Origin: Candidatus Obscuribacteraceae bacterium
GTDB taxonomy: Bacteria > Cyanobacteriota > Vampirovibrionia > Obscuribacterales > Obscuribacteraceae
Reading direction: 5' to 3'
NCBI GenBank assembly: GCA_044226015.1
Contig: JBGAHS010000011.1
Span: forward strand, 192,001 to 256,000
DNA length: 64,000 nucleotides
Made by a program: the position numbers and the translations under genes. Positions 9,478 through 17,413 of the stretch are shown one piece after another. Below the pieces are notes generated by a model that saw nothing but the letters and a program-made list of their open reading frames with translations, searched no databases and was not told the DNA's origin. The stretch's first letter is position 1; each line of letters starts with the position of its first letter.

Positions 9478-9505
9478 CTTATATTGAAACCCATGCCCTT
9501 GTCAA
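9478..9505 (-). promoter_or_regulatory. Sigma70-type promoter for the ileS leader
   Basis: TTGACA (9505-9500), 16-nt spacer, TATAAG (9483-9478). Confidence 0.55.
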
Positions 9506-9857
9506 TATCAACTTATTAGCCCTGCATTTTTACACTTCGCTACGCCCGAAACTTAAAGCTCTTCTTTCCAGCCAACGGTTTTGCGACTTCACTCCTAGAC
9601 TTTTTGTTGGCAAGCGTCGGTTGAAGCACCATATTTGGTAGCAAATAACGGAAGCTGAACAAGCATTGGTCAGTTCGCTGACTGTGACTCTATGCCGAAT
9701 AGAGAGATTCGCCCAAAGCTTTGACTCAAGACTAGTCTGAGCGATTGAACCCCATTGCAGAAAACTTAGACATAGTGCAAGTTTCTGAGCGGGCAAGAGG
9801 GTAAAATTATCGGACAGGTTCTCCTGTATCATTCGTTCACTGAAAGGAAGCAAGAAC

Positions 9858-10673
9858 ATGAGTCTAGACCAGGTCAAGAAAGTAGCTCACAACGCCGCAG
9901 AATCAGCCGGGGCAATTCTGACCAGCAAGTTGGGGAAACTAAGCGGAATAGACTACAAAGGTGCCTTCAATCTCGTTACCGAGGCGGACAAGCAGTCTGA
10001 AGCCGAGGTGATTAGAATCATCAGAGAATCATTTCCCGATCATCAAATACTGGGCGAGGAATCAGGCGCCCACCAAAGTTCATCGAAATGCAGATGGATA
10101 ATAGACCCGCTAGATGGAACAACGAACTTTGCGCATAGTTATCCCTTTTTTGCTGTCTCTATTGGCTTTGAGGAAGATGGCAAAATGCAATATGGATTGG
10201 TGTATAACCCCGTTTCAAAAGAGTTGTTTCAAGCGCAACGAGGCTGTGGAGCATTTGTGGGTGAAACAAAATTACAGGTTTCGAAAGTTAGCAAATTATC
10301 CGAAAGCCTATTAGCAACAGGATTTCCCCCAGACACAGAAACAGCAAAATTCCCTAATATGAAGGAATTTCATACGCTTACGAATCTATGCCATGGAGTT
10401 CGCCGAGATGGATCAGCAGCACTTGATCTGTGTTTTGTGGCAGCAGGCAGAAGTGATGGATTCTGGGAATTCAAGCTCAGCCCGTGGGATCTCGCGGCAG
10501 GTACACTGATAATTGAGGAAGCCGGCGGCAAAGTCAGTTCACCCTGCGGTGGTCCCTTCGTATTGGATTCTGGGCATGTCCTGGCGTCTAACGGTCTTAT
10601 TCATGAGGAAATGATTCAAGTCCTTAACTCATGCCACAAGGACCTCGGAAATTCTCTAAGCTGCAAGGTCTAA
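9858..10673 (+). CDS. suhB: Inositol monophosphatase family protein
   Basis: LVTEAD, ILGEE, WIIDPLDGTTNF, GSAALDLC, PWDLAAG. Confidence 0.92.
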   Translation: MSLDQVKKVAHNAAESAGAILTSKLGKLSGIDYKGAFNLVTEADKQSEAEVIRIIRESFPDHQILGEESGAHQSSSKCRWIIDPLDGTTNFAHSYPFFAVSIGFEEDGKMQYGLVYNPVSKELFQAQRGCGAFVGETKLQVSKVSKLSESLLATGFPPDTETAKFPNMKEFHTLTNLCHGVRRDGSAALDLCFVAAGRSDGFWEFKLSPWDLAAGTLIIEEAGGKVSSPCGGPFVLDSGHVLASNGLIHEEMIQVLNSCHKDLGNSLSCKV

Positions 10674-10733
10674 CAAAGCATTTCCAGCAACTCTGATGTT
10701 TCCTGGAGTCCATCGTAGGGTAACAATATAGTG

Positions 10734-11621
10734 ATGAACCCAAATGATATCGTTGATCCATCTTCCGGCTACAAGCTCGAAAGTCTTGTGGCTGAAGGCA
10801 CGCGTGGACGCGTTTATCGCGCGACTGACAAAAATGGTCAGAAAGTCGCCATCAAGTTTCTGCTTGAATCGGAATTTCCCGACAATGAGGTTGCTGATAA
10901 ACATATAAGTCATGAAGCCCGCTGCCTTACTCTGGGCGCACATGATGGCATTGTAAAACTCATCGAAACTGGTAGCAGCCCAAACGGAAGACCCTATCTC
11001 GTCATGGAATTTATAGACGGGCAAACTCTGAAAAGCCTGATAAGCAGCGAGCAAGACCCTCAGACTATCATCAGTATTTTCACAAAACTAACTCATCCCA
11101 TTGAGAATCTACATAAGGTAGGATTGATTCACCTCGATTTGCGTCCTGACAAAATAATGCTGGTGCAAACTGGCAAAGAGTTGACTCCGAAATTAATCGG
11201 GTTTGGACGAACGGGGCTTTTACCCTGGGCAGGACGCGAAGAGATTGTCGAACCACCAGGCAAAAATGGCTTGTATAGCTTGCAATACATAAGCCCAGAA
11301 CAGGCTATGGAGAAGCGATGTCTTGCAACGAGTGATATTTATTCGCTGGCTTGTGTCATGTTTGAAGCTTTCACAGGACAAGCTCCATTCAAAGGCGAAA
11401 ATGAACTTCACATGATGGCGCAACATTTGGGCTCGCAAGCAGCCCCTCTGCTTAGCTCTATCAAAGGGGAAAAATACAAGAAGTACGATGATTTGTTAGC
11501 TCAAGCATTAGCAAAAGAAGCTCATCGCAGATTCGTCGATTGTGCCGAACTCCGCGAAAACCTTCAAGGTTTTATACCTGAAAAAAGCGGCGGCTGGATG
11601 AGCAAGTTCTTCAAGAAATAA
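10734..11621 (+). CDS. Hanks-type Ser/Thr kinase-like protein with degenerate Mg-binding motifs
   Basis: VAIK, YLVMEF, HLDLRPDK (canonical HRDLKPxN), GFG in place of DFG, YISPEQ, SDIYSL. Confidence 0.85.
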   Translation: MNPNDIVDPSSGYKLESLVAEGTRGRVYRATDKNGQKVAIKFLLESEFPDNEVADKHISHEARCLTLGAHDGIVKLIETGSSPNGRPYLVMEFIDGQTLKSLISSEQDPQTIISIFTKLTHPIENLHKVGLIHLDLRPDKIMLVQTGKELTPKLIGFGRTGLLPWAGREEIVEPPGKNGLYSLQYISPEQAMEKRCLATSDIYSLACVMFEAFTGQAPFKGENELHMMAQHLGSQAAPLLSSIKGEKYKKYDDLLAQALAKEAHRRFVDCAELRENLQGFIPEKSGGWMSKFFKK

Positions 11622-11698
11622 CCTGCAGAGTTGCGGCGACTTAAGGGAACCTATCAATCGCGCCTGAGTCTTCTAGCTCAACTCTTTGGAGATAAGTC

Positions 11699-11857
11699 AT
11701 GAATAGAGAAGAAGTTGAACGCGCCCATGTCGCGCAGTTGGCTTTACTTTTTCGCAGTCACGGCGAGACGAAACAAGTTAGACAAGCCGATGCCGAACTG
11801 AAATCGGAAATAGATTCCTCATTTACAAAAATTGCGGCAATAAAAGTTGCGGCTTAG
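11699..11857 (+). CDS. Small 52-aa helical protein, below the ORF-track cutoff
   Basis: GGAG 7 nt before ATG; MNREEVERAHVAQLALLFRSHGETKQVRQADAELKSEIDSSFTKIAAIKVAA; fills the intergenic gap. Confidence 0.55.
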   Translation: MNREEVERAHVAQLALLFRSHGETKQVRQADAELKSEIDSSFTKIAAIKVAA

Positions 11858-11877
11858 GAATTGCTATAGACTGAATG

Positions 11878-14121
11878 CTATCCCTCGATGGCTTTTTTGG
11901 GACCACCCAGATGGGTATGGAACTGATTTATGATTCTCGTCCAGAGTTGTTCCATCACTACAGGATCAGGAACCATGTGGGTAAGACCCGAGAGCGGCAA
12001 AATCGAGAAATCTTTTCCCGCTCGAAACAGAGCGTCAGCTAATTCAAGTGAATGCTTGAAAAAAACATTGTCATCCGATGTTCCGTGCACTAACAAAAGC
12101 GGGCGACGAAGATCATTTACGTAAGTTAGAAGTGATGATTCTTTGTATGATTCTGGATTCTTCTCTGGCAACCCCAGATACCGCTCGGTGTAGCAAGAGT
12201 CGTAATCAAACCAATCTACTACTGGAGCACCAGCAACTCCAACTTTGAATACGTCGGGACGCCGCAGAACTGCAAGGGCCGACATATAGCCTCCGAAGGA
12301 CCAACCGGTAATACCAATTCGCTCACCGTCCATCTCAGTGTATTTAGCACAAAGTTGTTTTACGCCATCAACTTGATCATCCAAAGGTACAGAACCGAAG
12401 TGATTGCAAATGGCACGCTCCCACTCGCGTCCACGCCCAGGAGTTCCGCGTCCGTCGATAGATACGATTATGAATCCTTGATCTGCAAGCCACTGGTCAA
12501 GCAAGAAATTGCGCTTATTAGCAGTTACCTTGATTTTGTGAGGCCCACCGTACACGTCAACTATGACTGGATATTTCAGCTGAGGATTGAAATCCTGTGG
12601 GCGAACTATATTTGCTCGGTACTTGTGCTCACCAGCAAGTTCTACAAACTCGACCTTTACCGTTCCGGGTGGATTTTCTGCCACCTCCGGTAGTGCTCCT
12701 AATACAGCCCCGGCAGAACTCATGACGTTGGCTTTAGGCATTGCATCTACCGGGTTTTCATCGTGAATGAAGATCTGGTGATTTTTTGCAAACGCTGCAG
12801 CATGAATGCCTCTACCACTGGTGACTTGAACAGGCGTTTTTTCGCCATTCAAAGAAGTCTTGAACAAATGCAATTCAGTTGGATCCTTACTTGAAAGGAA
12901 AAAGACTTCAGAACTATCGGAGTTAGCATCAACAAAAGCACTGAATCCGAAATCTGGCTTCACTAAAACATTTTCCAGTGAACCATTACGACTACGCAAT
13001 TCGAGCTGGGCAGCACCTTCTCGTTCAGTCACCCAAAGAAATGAATTGCCCTTATTCACCCAGCTTGGCATTCCTTTTTGAATGTTCAACCATTTATCGT
13101 CATGCTCTTTTAAGAGTTCAGTGGTTTTTCCAGAAGCAGGGTCAATCTCAAGCAACTTAAGATCCTTTTGATCTCTCGTTAGAACAAGCATGGAAGGCGG
13201 CGAATTCTCTGACCATGTCAGATTCGCTAAATAAGGATAGGATTTTGAGTCCCAATCAATCCATTTCGTCTCGCCCCCTTGTGCAGATATCACTCCCAGG
13301 CGAACACTAACATTAGGTTTTCCAGGACGAGGATAAAACGCCGGAGTTGGCTTCTGCTCCGGATGCTGAGGGTCCGCGAGGTACCAGACCTCGACACCAT
13401 CTGCATTAGACTCTTGGTATACAATCTGGCTTGAATCAGGTGACCACCAATAGCCCGTAAACCGATCCATCTCTTCCTGTGCCACAAACTCTGCCAAAGC
13501 ATGAGTCAATGAGGCACTACCGCCCGTGGTGACACGTTGGGATGTCCCCGATGCAAGGTCAATCCAATACAAGTCATTGTCTTGCACATAGGAAACTTTT
13601 TTGGAATCTGGAGAGAATTTGGGATCGAGCACATCTTTATCACCAGTGTTGAGCTGAGTGATTTTTCCAGAAGTTCTATTGACGACATAGAGTTTTCCAG
13701 AGAGCGAAACCAGAATCAATGCGCTGTCGTCAGACAACTGGAAATCAGTAAAACCGCCAACACTTATACGTTGTCTTTCTCGTCGCGCTTTCTCTTCTGC
13801 AGACAAGTGCTCTTCGGCACCCTTGAGCACCGCTTCTGGTGTCAGAAGTTCCTTTGTCGTTTTAGTGTCTACATCAAAAATGTATAAGGCTTGCTTTGCT
13901 ATTCTCGCCTGGGCTCGCAAAAATAAAACGGATTTTCCGTCAGGACTCGGCTTTGCCTTTACCGGTCGTCCTAACATGAAACCTCTTGTCTCCGCATAGC
14001 TGCGCAGATACTGTCCGTCTAAATTAGCCACAGCCGTACTATTCTCCAATGCAAATGTAGGCGCGTTGCTCGATAAGAACATCGCGACCAAGCCAAGAAC
14101 TTGCCAACTCAACCTTTTCAT
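11878..14121 (-). CDS. Exported dipeptidyl-peptidase IV (S9B family)
   Basis: Signal peptide, beta-propeller with EEM motif, GWSFGG nucleophile, DDNV Asp and TH His. Confidence 0.92.
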   Translation of the reverse strand: MKRLSWQVLGLVAMFLSSNAPTFALENSTAVANLDGQYLRSYAETRGFMLGRPVKAKPSPDGKSVLFLRAQARIAKQALYIFDVDTKTTKELLTPEAVLKGAEEHLSAEEKARRERQRISVGGFTDFQLSDDSALILVSLSGKLYVVNRTSGKITQLNTGDKDVLDPKFSPDSKKVSYVQDNDLYWIDLASGTSQRVTTGGSASLTHALAEFVAQEEMDRFTGYWWSPDSSQIVYQESNADGVEVWYLADPQHPEQKPTPAFYPRPGKPNVSVRLGVISAQGGETKWIDWDSKSYPYLANLTWSENSPPSMLVLTRDQKDLKLLEIDPASGKTTELLKEHDDKWLNIQKGMPSWVNKGNSFLWVTEREGAAQLELRSRNGSLENVLVKPDFGFSAFVDANSDSSEVFFLSSKDPTELHLFKTSLNGEKTPVQVTSGRGIHAAAFAKNHQIFIHDENPVDAMPKANVMSSAGAVLGALPEVAENPPGTVKVEFVELAGEHKYRANIVRPQDFNPQLKYPVIVDVYGGPHKIKVTANKRNFLLDQWLADQGFIIVSIDGRGTPGRGREWERAICNHFGSVPLDDQVDGVKQLCAKYTEMDGERIGITGWSFGGYMSALAVLRRPDVFKVGVAGAPVVDWFDYDSCYTERYLGLPEKNPESYKESSLLTYVNDLRRPLLLVHGTSDDNVFFKHSLELADALFRAGKDFSILPLSGLTHMVPDPVVMEQLWTRIINQFHTHLGGPKKAIEG

Positions 14122-14157
14122 GACCCGACATTATATCATTTCAAGCTTATCGGCATA

Positions 14158-14189
14158 GGAAAAGACAAGCCTAAAGGCTTGTCTTTCCT
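14158..14189 (-). terminator. Intrinsic terminator after the ABC1 kinase gene
   Basis: AAAGACAAGCC-TAAA-GGCTTGTCTTT perfect hairpin. Confidence 0.65.
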
Positions 14190-14204
14190 TATAACTCAAT
14201 AGGT

Positions 14205-16286
14205 TTATTGCTTACTCGTTTTTCCATGCTGGTCGTAGATAGCAATGTGAATTGCAAGAGCAAAACCAGCAGAAGCAGCCAGGAGGAAGCATATCATCGC
14301 AATGCCAGGATATCCAAACAGTGTGAAAGATGTTGGCACTTTCATAAGATTAGACGCACCCATAATCAGTGCGGCAAGAATGAGTCCTAGCGTCACACGA
14401 TTTGCAATCTTCTGTGCAGAATCAACAAGGACCGCCTCGTCAATAGCATCGACCTTCATACGCAAACTGTTAGTCGCCACGAGATCCATAATTTTATGAA
14501 CAGTTCCCGGCATTTTTTCGATGAAGTCTTTGGCTTCTACCAGAGAGGTAAAAATGTGACCCACTGAGAGACTAGATTCCATGCGTTTGCGCATCAACAT
14601 AGGAGCATTTCGACGCATCGATTCATTAGGACTGAAGTTGGGATCTAACGTTGAGCCTACCTGGTCCAAATTCAACAGAGTTTTTCCTAGCATCGTGAGC
14701 TCTGCGGGAACCTTGATACCACAATCGCTTGAGATTTGAGTTATGCCAACAATAACCACACCAAGCTCCATGTCCGTTAGATTATTGAATATATGACCCT
14801 GCACAAGTGAAGTGACACGGCTTCTAAACTGCTGTTCGTCAAAATTATCTCTTTGTTCGCCAATATCAATTGCTATATTAGCTACGGCATCAGCTCGTTG
14901 CTCACTGATAGCTAATAACATCAAAAACAGCTTGCCTTGCATGTGCTGGGTTAGCCTTGCCACCATTCCGAGATCTATCAACGCAATCTTATTGTCATCG
15001 GTAAGAAGGACGTTTCCGGGATGTGGATCAGCGTGGAAGAATCCATCAATCAAGATCTGTTTGAGATACGCCTTAAATATTGACTCCGCAAGTGGCGCAC
15101 CATCAAGGTCTAATCGCTCTAGATTTGAAATAGCAGTGATCTTCTTACCTTTGATGAAATCCATCGTTAGCACTTTTGAGGTGCTGTAGTAAGAGATTGG
15201 GCAGGGAACCTTTATCAATTCGAATTCGTGCAGATTATCTCGAAGGCGCTCTAGATTGGCGGACTCTTTGCGGTAGTCTAATTCATCCATAATGGATTTC
15301 CGGAATTCTTCCAGAATGTCCATGAACTGATATTTCTTGCCAGTTTTCGTGTGCTTATCGTAGAACTCAGCAATATCGAAAAGCGCTTCGATGTCATTCA
15401 CAATAACTTCACGAATGCCTGGACGCTGCACTTTGACAGCAACCTCTCTACCATCCCTCAAAACCGCATGGTGTATTTGTCCAATCGAAGCGGCGGCAAT
15501 CGGTTCAGAATCAAAACTGAGAAACGCTTTGGACATTCTCACACCCAATTCGGACCCGACTATATGCTCAACATCCGAATAAGAGAATGGCTCACAATTG
15601 TCTTGCAATCTGGTGAGCGCCTGCATGTAGGCTGCTGGCAGAAAGTCAGCGCGTGTCGAGAGAAGTTGCCCCAATTTTATAAAGGTTGGACCTAGTTTTT
15701 CGAGGTCACGAGCAAAGTCTTCAGGCGTAGTATTCGCTTGTGCTGGAGCGAGCTTTCCTTCTTCCTCGGCTCGCTTAGCCAGGTCACTGAACGCTCCATC
15801 TTTATAGACAACGACTTCACCGTTATCATTAACAATCTCAAGACCATTTCCATTGCTTCCGCCAAACTTCTCTGCGGTTTCACTTACTTTTGCAGAAACA
15901 TCGTCCGCAACCTTTTTCATTTTTTCGATTACTTGCTCGGGCTGCGCACTGCCCTTTTTTTCCTCTTCTGTTTTCTTGGTGACATAACCATATCCACCTT
16001 GAGGAAGTCTTATGGGACGAGCCTCGCCTTCGGGCTTGGTTCCGACACATACTATTTTCTCATCTGCTGCTACACCATTTTCTGCAAAGACACTGGCGTC
16101 AACAGCCGCCTTTTTTGGACCAGCTAGCGGGTCTAATACGGAGATCGGAATTCTTTTCTCGTCATCGTTTTGCACAAGTCCTTCCAAACCGGCCGATTTA
16201 ACAAGTTCTGAATTACCGTATTTGAGCAAAAGCGCAGCTACATCTTTGTATCGCTTTAAGTGTTCTTTCTTGAGGGAGATGCCCAT
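14205..16286 (-). CDS. ABC1/AarF/UbiB-family atypical kinase
   Basis: LGPTFIKLGQ, AAASIGQIH, VAVKVQRP, FFHADPHPGN, IDLGM; two C-terminal TM helices. Confidence 0.93.
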   Translation of the reverse strand: MGISLKKEHLKRYKDVAALLLKYGNSELVKSAGLEGLVQNDDEKRIPISVLDPLAGPKKAAVDASVFAENGVAADEKIVCVGTKPEGEARPIRLPQGGYGYVTKKTEEEKKGSAQPEQVIEKMKKVADDVSAKVSETAEKFGGSNGNGLEIVNDNGEVVVYKDGAFSDLAKRAEEEGKLAPAQANTTPEDFARDLEKLGPTFIKLGQLLSTRADFLPAAYMQALTRLQDNCEPFSYSDVEHIVGSELGVRMSKAFLSFDSEPIAAASIGQIHHAVLRDGREVAVKVQRPGIREVIVNDIEALFDIAEFYDKHTKTGKKYQFMDILEEFRKSIMDELDYRKESANLERLRDNLHEFELIKVPCPISYYSTSKVLTMDFIKGKKITAISNLERLDLDGAPLAESIFKAYLKQILIDGFFHADPHPGNVLLTDDNKIALIDLGMVARLTQHMQGKLFLMLLAISEQRADAVANIAIDIGEQRDNFDEQQFRSRVTSLVQGHIFNNLTDMELGVVIVGITQISSDCGIKVPAELTMLGKTLLNLDQVGSTLDPNFSPNESMRRNAPMLMRKRMESSLSVGHIFTSLVEAKDFIEKMPGTVHKIMDLVATNSLRMKVDAIDEAVLVDSAQKIANRVTLGLILAALIMGASNLMKVPTSFTLFGYPGIAMICFLLAASAGFALAIHIAIYDQHGKTSKQ

Positions 16287-16412
16287 GATCGTCTTCTCTC
16301 TTCGCGTGAGTGGAAATGTTCTATGAGCGGGGGTAGACGGGAGAATTCGTTAGCTGTTCCCAAAGAGACAGTTTCGGGTTTAATGGTTGTCAAGAGTGGG
16401 TATGTTGACTTT

Positions 16413-16703
16413 ATGCCTACACTTCAAGCGACTATATCTTGTCCTCATTGCACCCGCGAATTAAGGCCTGGCGCCATTAAGTGTCAGAACTGTAAACGCG
16501 GGGTTTCAACGGTGCATTTCAAAAATTGCCGTTTTTGCGGTCAGACAATAAGCCGCGCAGCAATGAAATGCAGACATTGCTCGGCTAACCAATCCGAGCT
16601 TCCGGGTCCAGAAAAGCAAGATACCGATGAAGCAAGAGTCAATCGTACGCCGTCTCGGCCTCCGAACAAAACAACAGCGGTCAAATTGCAAAATCCAGAT
16701 TAG
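16413..16703 (+). CDS. Double zinc-ribbon protein
   Basis: Four CxxC motifs (CPHC, CQNC, CRFC, CRHC); likely start at ATG 16413. Confidence 0.7.
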   Translation: MPTLQATISCPHCTRELRPGAIKCQNCKRGVSTVHFKNCRFCGQTISRAAMKCRHCSANQSELPGPEKQDTDEARVNRTPSRPPNKTTAVKLQNPD

Positions 16704-16730
16704 GGTCTTCATACTTCCAGATTGCGATCT

Positions 16731-16758
16731 AGAGCACTTCGGCAGAAGTGCTCTTTTT
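16731..16758 (+). terminator. Intrinsic terminator
   Basis: AGAGCACTTC-GGCA-GAAGTGCTCT-TTTT. Confidence 0.8.
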
Positions 16759-16938
16759 CTTTGTGTCTTTTACACGAATTTCACGGGACCATCTCTATGA
16801 TTGTTTTGCGAATCGTTTTTCAATTCAAAAAAAATTGCTGCAAACGGAGCGGGGCTTTGCACAAATGCATCAATGTTCGCTGTTGAATTGAAGGTTAAAA
16901 CGAAAGAAGCATGGCTTGGCGAGCGAGGACAATATCAA

Positions 16939-17352
16939 ATGGATAACAAGAACGGCGAACAAACCAGACAATGGTTTGTATCAGGTCTGCTTCTATTAGT
17001 TTTCGGCATAATTTTGTTTTGCTCAGACGCCTTTATCATTGGCATTCCGATGATGCTTATGGGAATTGTCATCGCAGCAATAGGATATGAGAAAACCTGG
17101 CAAACTGGCTATTCCTTGCGATTTCCCACTAGCAGCAGATCAAGCATAAGGAGCATAGATGGAACTATTGATTCAGGACGACACAAAAAAGTATCTGATG
17201 TAACCGTTAGTCCCTCCAAGACAACAAGCACTTCAATCAATCCCTCCGTAGCAGCCAATCCCTCAGCAGCGAATCCTTCCGCAGCGAATCCTTCCGCAGC
17301 GAATCCTTCCGCAGCGAATCCTTCAGCAGCAAAGCCTACGAGCCAAAACTAA
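16939..17352 (+). CDS. Small two-TM membrane protein with a C-terminal (AANPS)n tail
   Basis: GAGGA before ATG 16939; two hydrophobic helices; pentapeptide repeats. Confidence 0.65.
   Translation: MDNKNGEQTRQWFVSGLLLLVFGIILFCSDAFIIGIPMMLMGIVIAAIGYEKTWQTGYSLRFPTSSRSSIRSIDGTIDSGRHKKVSDVTVSPSKTTSTSINPSVAANPSAANPSAANPSAANPSAANPSAAKPTSQN
17251..17340 (+). repeat. In-frame 15-bp tandem repeat GCAGCGAATCCTTCC, about 6 copies
   Basis: Three exact and three variant copies; encodes AANPS x5 plus AAKPT. Confidence 0.9.
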
Positions 17353-17360
17353 TTCATAAT

Positions 17361-17394
17361 GCAAAACACGGACCTGAGATGATCCGTGTTTTGT
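17361..17394. terminator. Bidirectional terminator between convergent genes
   Basis: CAAAACACGGA...TCCGTGTTTTG inverted repeat. Confidence 0.7.
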
Positions 17395-17413
17395 GCTTTA
17401 GCATTTCTCGAGT

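Noticed and set aside
9310..9480. T-box riboswitch upstream of ileS
   Set aside because: No GGTGGNACC T-box motif and the leader is too short; a leader-peptide attenuator fits better.
9530..9877. 115-aa minus-strand ORF
   Set aside because: Overlaps the suhB start and its promoter region, with no recognisable motif.
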